Part shown: in pieces, positions 47,100 through 59,249 of the stretch | How the letters are laid out: each line of letters begins with the position of its first letter | Numbering within the stretch: the first letter of the stretch is position 1 | NCBI GenBank assembly: GCA_002269645.1 | Contig: NIVC01002662.1 | Coordinates: 87,468-151,467, forward strand | Reading direction: 5' to 3' | Length of the DNA: 64,000 bases | Source: Macrostomum lignano | Taxonomy: Eukaryota | Program-made: the position numbers and the translations under genes | The notes under the pieces: generated by a model | Database searches by the model: none | Seen by the model: the letters and a program-made list of their open reading frames with translations, nothing else | What the model was told of the DNA's origin: nothing

Positions 47100-47106
47100 T
47101 TTTATA
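47100..47106 (-). promoter_or_regulatory. TATA box of gene C
   Basis: TATAAAA on the minus strand about 50 nt upstream of the ATG; similar boxes precede genes A, G and H. Confidence 0.5.
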
Positions 47107-47402
47107 GTCGTTTTTTAGGAAAGATTTTTGCGTAATCAGATATTTCGTAATGTGCTCAGGGTACTGCTCATAGTAACCTATCTAGCATTAAAAATACATT
47201 ATTAAAATAATTTCATAAAGTTATCGAGACCATCGGTGAGTAGACTAGATTGACAACCCACATAAAACCTAACGGGGTCAGTTATCCCTGACCCCAACCC
47301 TAAAGTGCAGGTCAGTTGATTTACAGTTGCATGCCATCTTTAAATTGCGCTTAGCTCCTAAATTTCGTGCATTTTTAGAGTGAACAATGTTATAATAAAG
47401 TT

Positions 47403-47595
47403 AGAGTCCACCCAGAGCACCTACTGGACCAGCGCTGCCAAAATCAAGGCCGAGTGCTTGATGCTGTGCGAGGCCTCAGCTGACTGCCAGGCTGTGATTT
47501 TCTCTGGCCAGCAGCGCCTGTGCCACCTGCTGAGGTTCGCCTACCCGCCTGCCAGTCTGAGCAGCATCGATGGAGACTACTTTGTGCGCGGCTGA
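47403..47595 (+). pseudogene. Orphan 5'-truncated PAN exon fragment (D), inverted near-identical copy of gene C exon 2
   Basis: ESTQSTYWTSAAKIKAECLMLCEASADC...DYFVRG*, plus homologous 3' flank; no acceptor region and no WSC exon. Confidence 0.85.
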
Positions 47596-47654
47596 GCTCG
47601 CTGTCAAGCATTAAACTTTGGAGTATCTAAGCCTAAAATTTTGAAGGAATTTGA

Positions 47655-48155
47655 GAATTTGTTAAATAACCAGTGGGCGGTGGACTCGGATCAGCCAGTG
47701 GATGGCTTCAAAGCACAGGGAGAGGTGGGCTAATGCCTCCGACTGCAGGCAATCCCGCGCGGCTGTCCCCTGTCCTTAATTCCTCCGCCCTGTGCAGGGC
47801 CCTGCTTGGACTCAACCGCAGGGACATCAGGGCGGTGACATCAGGGTGGTCTCAGGTCATGGCTGCTTGCCAGGCATCGTTACCTCCAGGGAAAAATCAG
47901 TAGCGAGGAATGCCCTTTCTGCCTCTCTGGTGTCGAGAATGCCCCGCCTTCACCAGGACAGGCTCACCTATCTCGGCCCAAACCCGGACCTCTCCGACGC
48001 TACCTAAGGGCTACCGGGCGAGCGACCATCCACCTCCTGGACTCTTCGGAGGGGGACCGCGCTGCGGACACCGGCACCACCGGCAACGCCTCCTCGCTGC
48101 ATCCGGATGCACGGAGGCCCCTTTAGCTAAGTCAAGTAAGTCTAGTGGGCGGTAG
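47655..48155 (+). mobile_element. Decayed 3' fragment of I/R1/Loa-like LINE
   Basis: Frameshifted motifs LLGLNRRDIRAVT, VSGHGCL, RHRYLQG...ECPFCLSG, CPAFTR, YLRATGR; same type of C-terminus as 41995-42310. Confidence 0.6.
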
Positions 48156-48974
48156 ACTTTCCAGCTGCAGTTTTTTGTGCCCAGCTATGTTTTGGATTTT
48201 CAAAAGTGAAACTGTGAGTAATTTACCATGTGCATGAAGGACTGCTTTCTGGTGCAAGTGAAGGTCTCTATGCCAGTTCATTACGGTGTTGGTCCCTGGC
48301 TCAGTGGTTGCTTTTCGTTCAGCCTGACGAAGGAAAGACTTGGAATTTTCGCTCCTTGAATCGTACTCTCCTGTAATTCAAAGGTCAGCTGGGTAATCAA
48401 TTTTCTACTCAATCAGCTCTCAATACGAAGCAATCCAGCACAGTTATTGCAATGCTAGATTGAACATTTTTTTAACTATAAACCAATACCATGGATACTT
48501 GACTTTGTACTAATAGAATTGCTTTAACTTGTTTCTTGCTTCCAAGTTTTCGGCTGTCAACTAGTTTCTGGAGAGGAATCAACAGTAAGCAGACTTCTAA
48601 AGATTTTGCAGAATCGAAAGAATCGAACCCAGAGCTCGCTGCGCTGGAGTCAGACCTACTCTGCCCCAGGGGCTGAGATGACAGCACATTTAGAAAGACG
48701 TCTGCTGGCAGGGCATACGTGAATCTCTTATAATTAGGGATTAGAAAATAGAGAATTACGTTGCAACTGCACGAAAAATATCACTCCTATTGACTTACCT
48801 ATTTTACTCAATTAGCTAAAAAAATCATTTTAGAACACTATTTCCCATTTGAACTACTATAGATGGTGTAAATTGTAGTGATAAATTAAAATATATTTTA
48901 AAAGTTTAGAATAGCATTGTACTCAGTTTTGGTAGGCGGCCTAAGGGAAGCCAGAATCACGTGAACATCAACCA

Positions 48975-49203
48975 TAGATAAATAGCCATAGACAAATGCC
49001 CATAGACAAATGCCCATTGACAAATGCCCATAGACAAATGCCCTTTGACAAATGCCCATTGACAAATGCCCATTGACAAATGCCCATAGACAAATGCCCA
49101 TTGACAAATGCCCATAGACAAATGCCCATAGACAAATGCCCTTTGACAAATGCCCATTGACAAATGCCCATAGACAAATGCCCATAGACAAATGCCCATA
49201 GAC
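48975..49203. repeat. 14-bp minisatellite (about 15 copies)
   Basis: Unit GACAAATGCCCAT(A/T). Confidence 0.95.
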
Positions 49204-49837
49204 AAATTTCCACTGCTTCACACGTGGGTTGTTAGAGATAGATACGAAATTTAAGTCAAGAAAAGAACTGTCCATTTTACAGATAACCTTTTCATGAGTA
49301 GCCCGATGTGATTTTACATCTCTTAAGTAATGCCTACAAGGGGTCTCAGAAAAGTCAGCTGCATGGTCAAATGACTCAGACTTCCCACTAGCATATTTTT
49401 GTCTCAAAAATTTCCAGGGAAATTGTCAAAAACTTTCTTAATCGGCATGAAAACTTAGATGCAGCGTTCAGCTAACAATTCCGGGGTCAGCATGGGAGAG
49501 TCTTACCAGCTTTCGACTGTCGCTATGTAAAAACGATTTCATTTAATCCTAACACCTGCAAACACCTGAAAACTCAAACAATGCCTTGGGAGAGTTCAGG
49601 AGACTCACAGCTGCTCCAATGTGGTGTGAAGAATATTGACAAAAGCCAAGGTTTTTTACTATTTTCCTGTTTGAGGAAGAAGCCCTCAGAGAGGCTGTTT
49701 AGGTAAAACTGAGCCTTGCGCCATACACAATTAGAGAGCATAACTTCTCACGAGAAAAGATAGGAAGAAAGTTTCTCAATACGAGCTATTCCGTTGCATT
49801 CGTAGAAGTTGAGTTCGAAAGAGTTATTTGCGGAGCA

Positions 49838-51022
49838 ATGCAACAGTCCAAATTGGTTACTCTTGTGGCTCTGGCACTGAGCACTGCTCTGCTGACATCC
49901 TGTGCGGACTCCAGAGCGGTCCGACTGTCGTACCTTGGCTGCTTTAAGGATGGCTCGAAAAGAGACCTCACTGGCATCCAATTGGAGTCACCAGAATTGG
50001 AACCTTCACCACCGTTTTTAGTCTGTTGGTGAGCAGCGGCTCCCTGATGACGCCTGAGTACTGCGCCGAAGTCTGCTCGCTCGGTGGATTTCCCTACCTG
50101 GGAGTGCAGACTGGGTCGCAGTGCATGTGCGGCCCCTCTTATGGATCGCTGGGACCGGCCATCGAGACCGACTGCAACACTCCCTGCCGCGGCAACCCAG
50201 GTCGAATGTGCGGAGCCTCCTGGCGCAGTTCGGTGTACGCACTGACCTACCCGGGTGAGCGAAGTTGCTTTACTGGGGATTCAGGCTTTTGACTGCTGGC
50301 GGTTTAGGTTAGGGTTTAGATAAGGGTTTGGGATAGGGTTTAGGTTAGGTTTTAGGTTAGGTTTTGTGTTTGGTTAATGGTACAGTTTTGTTAGAGTTTA
50401 GGTAGTCACTTTGTCGCCTATCGTTAACAATGCATTATTTTTGAAAATTGAAAAATTAACAATGTACTCGTATTTTCTCTGTTCGATGATCAATTTTTTT
50501 CTTCTGGATAAAAGGTTAAATAAAGGTCATGTAAGTTATTTTGTAGTGAAAACGCAAACTGAATTCCCCCTCCTTCAGTTGCTGGTGGCAGAGTTTGCAC
50601 AGTGCAGACTCAACTTCAGCCTTTGTATTTCCATTGCGAATCTGGTATCTGCAGGGGGGGGGGCGCTGACTTACTGGGAATGGGAACTAAGCTAAACTAA
50701 AAAGCATGCATTATAGTAAGCTGAGTACACTAGCTGTTGAAAAAGAAATGTCTGAAACGACCTCAACATACAAGCGACGCGCATTATTATTCCAGAGAAA
50801 AACCTCTTCACTAAGCAGAGCCTGCCTACTTTGACTGTCGAATCCACGAAACCAACGCACTGGATCAGAACTGCCGAGACAGTATTCGAGTGCCTGTCCC
50901 TGTGCGAGGCCTGTCCAGCCTTGATCTTCGCTGCCCAGCAGCGTCTCTGCTACTTGCTGAGGTTCGCCTACCCGCCTGCCAGCTTTAACAGCACCATCGG
51001 AGTGTACTTTCTGCGTGGCTGA
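49838..51022 (+). pseudogene. Secreted WSC + PAN protein, gene E (one frameshift)
   Basis: Exon 1 49838-50254, exon 2 50796-51022. Signal peptide MQQSKLVTLVALALSTALLTSC; frame shifts at ATCCAATTGGA (49976-49986), after which GVTRIGTF...MTPEYC resumes. PAN domain has a 3-aa deletion (CEACPALIF). Confidence 0.85.
50300..50380. repeat. Degenerate TTAGG(G)-like repeat in gene E intron
   Basis: GGTTTAGGTTAGGGTTTAG...GGTTAGGTTTTAGGTTAGG. Confidence 0.7.
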
Positions 51023-51632
51023 GTCTCTGGAAAAGACGTTGATTCGAAATTGGAGCCGAATTCAGGCTGAAACTAATGCTAAAACAAGGTTACCATTGCA
51101 CCCAAAATATTTTAAAGGCTTCAATCAATTTAGTAAAATATCTTAGAGGTGTTAAGATGATTTTTGGACCTATCTATTCAGATGAAGCTGAATGTTCTAC
51201 TGACAGTGGTCCTTGATGCAGATTCACTGTTCCTCAGACAGAAGGGGACCTATGTCATATCGTACCATATTAAACTAACCCCAATCTCAAACAGCAAATT
51301 TATTAGACTTACGTCGTACCATAGTTTCTGGCAATTTCAATTCAACGTGGAATCAGCAAGTTTGCTTTCCAAACTTGGAAATTTTCAGCCTCCATATGTT
51401 AAGCTGTCAAATCGGTCAAAAGTGCTGTGAAGAGGCAGAATATGAGTCTCTTGAAACTCGAATAAACTTTGACTTTACTCTGACTCCCTGTTTCCATGAT
51501 TAATTTCTGGCTGCAAGTTGCTGATTCGGAATTGACGGCGTTTTAACTTTTTTATTCACGTTTTTTAACTGGTTGATTTTCTGGACTGGCCATGAAATTT
51601 TCCAATAAATTAAAAACTGTGATTCCCATCGA

Positions 51633-53020
51633 CACTGGACTGCGTCGCATATCATGTTTATACTCTTAGCTCTCAGATTTGCTGTCTATGGCCTGAAGGA
51701 CACTGGACTGCGTCACATTGCGGTTATATCAATGTTTATACTCTTAGCTCTCAGATTTGCTGTCTATGGCCTGAAGGACACTGGACTGCGTCACATTGCG
51801 GTTATATCAATGTTTATACTCTTAGCTCTCAGATTTGCTGTCTATGGCCTGAAGGACACTGGACTGCGTCACATTGCGGTTATATCAATGTTTATACTCT
51901 TAGCTCTCAGATTTGCTGTCTAAGGCCTGAAGGACACTGGACTGCGTCACATTGCGGTTATATCAATGTTTATACTCTTAGCTCTCAGATTTGCTGTCTA
52001 TGGCCTGAAGGACACTGGACTGCGTCACATTGCGGTTATATCAATGTTTATACTCTTAGCTCTCAGATTTGCTGTCTAAGGCCTGAAGGACACTGGACTG
52101 CGTCACATTGCGGTTATATCAATGTTTATACTCTTAGCTCTCAGATTTGCTGTCTATGGCCTGAAGGACACTGGACTGCGTCACATTGCGGTTATATCAA
52201 TGTTTATACTCTTAGCTCTCAGATTTGCTGTCTATGGCCTGAAGGACACTGGACTGCGTCACATTGCGGTTATATCAATGTTTATACTCTTAGCTCTCAG
52301 ATTTGCTGTCTATGGCCTGAAGGACACTGGACTGCGTCACATTGCGGTTATATCAATGTTTATACTCTTAGCTCTCAGATTTGCTGTCTATGGCCTGAAG
52401 GACACTGGACTGCGTCACATTGCGGTTATATCAATGTTTATACTCTTAGCTCTCAGATTTGCTGTCTAAGGCCTGAAGGACACTGGACTGCGTCACATTG
52501 CGGTTATATCAATGTTTATACTCTTAGCTCTCAGATTTGCTGTCTATGGCCTGAAGGACACTGGACTGCGTCACATTGCGGTTATATCAATGTTTATACT
52601 CTTAGCTCTCAGATTTGCTGTCTAAGGCCTGAAGGACACTGGACTGCGTCACATTGCGGTTATATCAATGTTTATACTCTTAGCTCTCAGATTTGCTGTC
52701 TATGGCCTGAAGGACACTGGACTGCGTCACATTGCGGTTATATCAATGTTTATACTCTTAGCTCTCAGATTTGCTGTCTATGGCCTGAAGGACACTGGAC
52801 TGCGTCACATTGCGGTTATATCAATGTTTATACTCTTAGCTCTCAGATTTGCTGTCTATGGCCTGAAGGACACTGGACTGCGTCACATTGCGGTTATATC
52901 AATGTTTATACTCTTAGCTCTCAGATTTGCTGTCTAAGGCCTGAAGGACACTGGACTGCGTCACATTGCGGTTATATCAATGTTTATACTCTTAGCTCTC
53001 AGATTTGCTGTCTAAGGCCT
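51633..53020. repeat. 78-bp satellite, 18 nearly identical copies
   Basis: Unit ATGTTTATACTCTTAGCTCTCAGATTTGCTGTCTA(T/A)GGCCTGAAGGACACTGGACTGCGTCACATTGCGGTTATATCA; only one variable site seen. Confidence 0.97.
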
Positions 53021-54204
53021 AAAGATTGATTTCAGATTGCGTTTCTATGGGCCAAATTACCAATTATAAGCGTATACAGTAGAGACTAAAAACTCGGGAG
53101 GTGCATCTTTTTTCTATTTAATAGGCTTTGGATTGAAAATATGGAAGCAATACTGCTATCACAAGTCAAAGTCGGACCTACTTGAGGGAGCTAGCGAACA
53201 ATATAGATAAAGAAAACAAGATTTCTTCAAGCGATCAAGAGAATAGGATAACGAGAGCGTAAGACAAGCATAAGACAACAGGACCCCAAAAAACTGAAAT
53301 ATCAAATCACGTGATTTTCCAGTGTGTTTCTCTTAGTTTCAATTAGAATGAAGTTGCTCTCTATAGTCTTGTCATGTGCTGTGCCTGTGTCCATGGCCGT
53401 CGCATGATGTGTACAATTTGCTACATTACGCTCGTATTGTTATCAGTGTGTGCTATATGCTCGCAACCGAACTTCAACCGAAATCCAAAATGATGAAAGA
53501 TAATTAAAGTGCTCCCTCGATAAAAGGTGCTTCGAATGCAACTCTGTCGCAACGACTTCTCACACTCAAGTGGGCTCAGCCTATAATTTGCTATACTCAA
53601 GAGTCCACTAAGGATAAAAAATTCTGGACTTTGAAGCGTTGGCTTCATTTCGATAGTCACTCTTCCAGAGCGAGCTTTCATTATAAGCTGCTTTAGAATT
53701 ACACAAAAAGTTCTGCAAGTCAGCTGAATGCGATGAATAGCACACTCCATTTTAATTGGCATCAAGGTTCTGGAGCTTGAGAAATACATTAACGCACCTG
53801 AGAGGCAGTCATTCGAGCTACTAGAGTGGAATACAAGCATCTGGAGCTTGGGAAAGATATTGACGCGTCTGAGAGGCCGCCATGCGAGCTAATCGATTGG
53901 AATGCAAACCTCCGGCTTTTAGGTTACTTAACTACAAACATGCAGCAAATATTTAATCAGTCCTTTATTAGTAGATATGCAAATTAATTCTATCAGAATT
54001 GTCTCCTTTTGTTTTTCATAAGTGACTTTTTTACCATCCATTTGGATTAACGAACTCGTCAGCCAGTAGGTTTGAGTTGTTTACCGTGGTCTTTCACTCA
54101 TTCGGCAGTTGGGGATAAATTCGCTTCACTCCCGAGCTGATTTGACAGAAGCTTCTCCAGAGAAACAGGACAAAACGCAGTACTGCTGCTTGTCGCTGGA
54201 GACC

Positions 54205-54960
54205 ATGAAGGCACTGAGAAACCGGCAATTGATTTTCATGGCGCTGTCCCTGTGCCTCTTGCTTCTGTGCGCTGCTAGGAGACTCGCCCGATTTGAATAT
54301 CTCGGATGCTACGTAGACGCGAGAGACGGTGCCAGGGACCTTCCCGGACTGCAGGGAGTGCAGAGCCTGGCCGAGTTTTCCGTGCACTCCACCGGCCGCG
54401 TCTCCAACACGTCCATGACGCTGTAACTGTGCAGCCGCATCTGCTCTCTGGGCGGCTTCCCGTACTTCGGCGTGCAGTTCGGCAAGGAGTGCTACCGCGG
54501 GCTCTCGTACGGCTCGCAAGGAGCGGCCAGCACAGACCAATGCTTCGTGAACTGCGCCAGTCAATCGAGCGACATCTGCGGCGGACCAGATCCAAGAATC
54601 GCTTATAGCATTGTAAATATTTTGCTTCGTCCAATGTCTTCTCTCAAGATTGTCAAGAACTGTTACAGAATATATAATTACTATACAAGAACTACCAGTA
54701 TACTGCCACTTTTCAGCAATGAAAAGCTTCAACGTCGCTGTGGATCGCGCCAGCTTCACTGTCTGAGATTCTTTCCCTCGACCGGCTTACCGCGGCATGC
54801 AGTCTGATGACCTGCCTGAATGAGTGCAGCACAACCAACGAATGTCAAGCTGTGTTGCTCTCGCAACATCAGCGCCTGTGCTACCTGCTGCCGTTTGCTG
54901 GAGTGCCGCCGTCTCTGGCGAACGTGACTGGGGAGTTCTTCCCCCGCGCTTGATGGCTTC
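54205..54960 (+). pseudogene. Secreted WSC + PAN protein, gene F (pseudogene)
   Basis: ATG 54205, signal peptide, WSC FEYLGCYVD...; nonsense TAA at 54424-54426 (MTL*LC) and loss of a WSC Cys (ECYRG). The PAN exon from about 54717 has a stop and a frameshift but retains SLMTCLNECSTTNECQAVLLS...LCYLL. Confidence 0.82.
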
Positions 54961-56529
54961 ATAGTAGGGACTCGTACTCGATAAATATTGGACAATAATG
55001 CTGATAAAATTAAGCCTAAAACAAACTTACACTTGATTAAACTTAAACGTGATTTGCTTTTTTCTTTATTTAAATTGGTGTGGTTGGTGCAGATTGGTTC
55101 AGATTTGACCAAATCATTCATGGATAAAACAACAGAAGAGTCGCCATATTTGTGAATTTACCATAGACAAGAAATTATAACAGCAGTGCGGAGCCTTTGA
55201 ACCATAGACTGATTGAAATAAAGTCTGAAATTGATAATCGCAGAGATTTAAGTTGTTTAGCACCTACTAGCTACATGTACGAGTAGCTAAATCACCTTCT
55301 GAATTTTTGAAATTTTCTGTTCAATCGTCTTCTAAAAGATTAAAGAAAGCTTATAGAAGATACTAGCAATCTGCCTTCCTGTGTTAGGGAGTCAACAAAG
55401 AAAGGAATAAAATGTTTGAATAAACTACATGCAGATTTTGACCTTGTACAGTTTCTATTCATATAGAAGTGTGCTAAAAAATGGAGGAATCTCAGCAACT
55501 CCCCCCTTGCGATATTTGTACCAGAGTTTGCAGTTGCCGAGATAAATGTTTGCATATCGCACCAACCCGAGGTCGGATGCGAACTCTCACAAGTAGAGCT
55601 GCTGCTACATGTTGATTTCTTATTCGAGTTTCACGACCGGATCTGAATTTTGCTCAAATAGCGAAGCCTTACTTGGGTTTATATAGGAAAAATTACTCTA
55701 ACACGATTTGCACACTTTCTCTACATTTCTGGATAAAGCTGCGTAGGCGTGCACTGCAGCATACAGATCAGGTCCTACAATGTAAATCATTGCTGTCTCA
55801 TTGTAATTATACTTTTACCCAGACGCAATGAAAAAATATTTTGGCCATTATTCCACAGTTTTGATGTGTACCATACAAAGCCGCAGTTTTCAAAGATGCT
55901 CGACACTTTAGCCTGATGATTTGGCACTGCAAAAGGAGTTGGTCTATGTTGAATGTTTTCTATGAAAGAGGAATACAGGTGCTTAAGTATAGTTGCCGAA
56001 CTTACCATTTGAAAGATGCACGTCTTGGTTAAGTTGGCATGCGACTGATGAGCTTCGTCTGATGAGCTTCTTTGGTACCGCAGTATCCAAGCTGGGATTC
56101 TTTGGGACTGTCGGCTGCTCGACTGAATCGATTGGCCGCTTTCAGGCATCGTTTATAGCCGTCGAGGCGTTGAAGACTGCATGGTCGAGTTTTCTTCCTA
56201 GGTAGCACCGCATGGTTCGTTCAGTCGTCGACAGGAAGATTTTTTCAATTAATAAGCGCGGCTGTTTGACGAGATGCACTAGAGCCATAGTTGTTTGACA
56301 AGACAAATAGCTTTTTCTCCCACTACTCGCTTTCCTGATTTCTTGCAAGACCCAAGCAAAATCAGCACTCATCACAGTGTTGTCTATGGTGAAACTAAGC
56401 CACACAACTCAGTTGTCTTTGGGTAAAACAACTCTTAAAACAGCCAAATGAAGCATGATAAAAAGTGTGGAATAATGACAGCGACAAAAGTGTGGAATAA
56501 TGCCGCAAAAGTGTGGAATAATGATAGAT

Positions 56530-56631
56530 TGTGTATATGGTTTTGGAGGTAGACAATGATAAAATTTTCACGAGTGGCGAAGCCACGAGTGACTAAAATT
56601 TATCATTGTCTATGACAAAACCATATACACA
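56530..56631. repeat. Long imperfect palindrome 1
   Basis: TGTGTATATGGTTTT..TAGACAATGATAAA..CACGAGTGGC GAA GCCACGAGTG..TTTATCATTGTCTA..AAAACCATATACACA. Confidence 0.85.
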
Positions 56632-56752
56632 AACACATTGTCTCATGAATGTATTTTTAGAAGCCTAAAATAATGATCCCTAAGCGTGGAATAATGAGCG
56701 TACAGCATGACACAATGACTGAGCGCTGAGTGAAAGTATCAATACAATGCAC

Positions 56753-56858
56753 TTGTATAGTATGCAACTGAGTTAAATAATGGCCAAAACTCGAGTGCGC
56801 TACGCGCTACGCGCACTCGAGTTTTGGCCATTATTCAACTCAGTTGCATACTATACAA
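56753..56858. repeat. Long near-perfect palindrome 2 (48-bp arms, 1 mismatch, 10-nt loop)
   Basis: Arms 56753-56800 and 56811-56858; loop TACGCGCTAC. Confidence 0.93.
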
Positions 56859-57112
56859 TCTACCATTGCTCATTTTTAGTTATTGCATCAAGTTGTTTCT
56901 TGAATCGTTCATTTGGACGAAACACAAACGAAAAAAGCATTGTATTTTACTTGCGAGAATCAAAAGCCACTGCCTGAACCTGATGGTCAGAGAATCTCAT
57001 CAACTGAAGTTAAAACTACCATCAATATCAATTTAGGTATGCCACTTTAAGTAGTACATTGAGCTCATTAGTTTACTGGCTTTTAACCAACCAGATTGTC
57101 TCTAAAAACCGG

Positions 57113-57119
57113 TATAAAA
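57113..57119 (+). promoter_or_regulatory. TATA box of gene G
   Basis: TATAAAA 80 nt upstream of the ATG at 57199. Confidence 0.5.
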
Positions 57120-57198
57120 GCAGACAAACACAGCTTTTATCGCCTACTGCACTAGTAAGACCAACGGCAGAACTAAAATCCCAGCTACTCAAGTAGCA

Positions 57199-57905
57199 AT
57201 GCTCAAGACTTTCGTCTGCATTGTGGGTCTCGCCGTCAAGGTGCTCTGTGCCGCAATAGAGTAACTCAGGTGTCCTACATTGGCTGCTTTGTGGACAATC
57301 GAGGCAGAGACCTGAGAGGACTCACTGGAGTGAGCAGAATTGGACAGTTTAGCACTGACAGTCTTGGGGTGAGAAGCGCCAGTATGACTCACGAGCTCTG
57401 CAGCAGCGTCTGCTCTCTCGGCGGCTTCCCGTACTTCGGGGTGCAGTTCGGTCTGTTTTGCTCCTGCGGCACCTCCTACGGATCTTTGAGAGCTGCTAGC
57501 GAGACCGACTGCAACCGCGTCTGCACTGGGAACGGAGCTGCTAAATGTGGGGGTCGGTGGCGCAACTCCATGTTCGCTTTGGCCGACCCAGGTGGGCCTT
57601 CTACAATTTTTAAAGAATTTTCAAACAAATTTTTGCCAATTTTGTTAAAGCCAGTTTGTATTTTTACAGATAAAAAGTATTTCAAGCAGTCGCAGATGCC
57701 CAACCAGACGGTGGAGTCCACCCAGAGCACCTACTGGACCAGCGCTGCCCGAACCGACATCGAGTGCATGGGGCTGTGCGAGGCCTCAGCTGACTGCCAG
57801 GCTGCGATTTTCTCTGGCCAGCAGCGTCTGTGCCACCTGCTGAGGTTCGCCTACCCGCCTGCCAGTCTGAGCAGCACCGATGGAGACTACTTCGTGCGTT
57901 GCTGA
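57199..57905 (+). pseudogene. Secreted WSC + PAN protein, gene G (1-nt frameshift in signal peptide, possibly a sequencing error)
   Basis: Exon 1 57199-57591, exon 2 57670-57905. MLKTFVCIVGLAV then 1 nt missing (about 57236-57265) before RVTQVSYIGCFVD; WSC and PAN domains otherwise complete and close to gene C. Confidence 0.85.
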
Positions 57906-59249
57906 CTGACTTTTTATCCTGCCAGGCTATCGATCCGATGTGAAAAAGAAACCAAAACTTCTGGCTAATTTTTCAGATGGAAGGGAAGATAATTGTTTTT
58001 AAATTGGCTTTGAAACAATAAGGTTTTAATTTAGAAATTAATTTTTTAGAAGTTTTCCACTTCAAACTACATGTACTCCCAGCAAACTACTCCTCAAGTA
58101 ACACAGTACAAGTAAGCTCCAAAAATACCCTCGTAACTTCAAAGCCATGAAGTTTTGTTAATTTCGAGGTTTTTCCCACTGTCACTGCTTGTTCAAACTG
58201 ACAAGCCTGAATAAAATCGGATAAAACAACACGAAGAGTCGTCATATTGGCGAATTTACCATAGACAAAAATTATAAGAGCTGTAGTGGAGCCTTTGAAC
58301 GATAGAATAATTTTAGTTCAGCCTGAAACTGATCATTGCAAAGGTTTAAGTTTTTTAGCACCTATAATTCTACATGTAACACTGACAATGCATCACCCGG
58401 AAAGATTTAGAAATTTAGACTAGCCATTTAGCCCCCCGCTGGGGGGCCTTAAAAATGACGCCAAGTTGCCATGAATAAAAATTTCATGAGCCAAAAAAGT
58501 TTCCTTCATCTACCCAAAACCCTTTCTCAATCAGCAAATAGAAGATACTATCAATCGGCGCCTTCATTTTTGTTTGGGGAGGCAACAAATAAAGGAATAC
58601 CAAAAATTCCAAATTAACCCTCGGCATCTGAGCAACTCCTCCCCCTATGAGCCACAGCATTTCAGCAATGTCCCCCTTGACATCTCAGCTATTCCCACCA
58701 TGAGCCAAAGCATTTCGCAGAGCCCCTGCAGTGCTGTTCAGACGATTTAGCAGACTAGTTTTAATTTTGATAAAAGACAAATCCTTCATTTTTTTAGAGT
58801 TCAATAAAAACTGAACTCGCTGGGAAAACTTTTTGTTAGCCCCGACTAAATCAGCGTTAAATATCAGAGTTTGCAGTTGCCAAGATAAATGTTTACATGT
58901 CGCACCAAACCCGATGATGGCCGAATGCAAACTCTCACACAAGTCGCTGTTGCATGTTGATTTCTTATTAAGTTTCACAACCGGATCTGAATTTGGCTCA
59001 AATAATGAAGCCCGACCTGGTTTACAGTAGAATGGGAACAAATGAATCTAAAGGTAGTTGCACAATTCTCTCTCTCTACATTTCTGGATAAAGTTGCGTG
59101 GCTTCTACAAAGTAAATTTAGAGACTGGTGGAGAGTATAAAAATTAATATTGGGTATACTTTTTTCAAGAAAGTGAAATGAATTGTCAAAATTTGAGAAA
59201 CCCTAGCGAAGCTTTGCAGGAAATTCTCCATTTTTCCAATGCAGAAAAG

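Noticed and set aside
48898-49407. Repeat-containing ORFs (MGICLWAFVYGHLS)n
   Set aside because: Translation of a 14-bp minisatellite.
51654-52937. Repeated 26-aa hydrophobic peptide ORFs (MFILLALRFAV...)
   Set aside because: Products of a 78-bp satellite (a multiple of 3) with sporadic TAA; no promoter, splice or codon evidence; no spacers, so not CRISPR.
58685-59041. 118-aa minus-strand ORF in the duplicated block
   Set aside because: The paralogous block at 55500-55700 has frame-breaking indels, so conservation is not codon-like.
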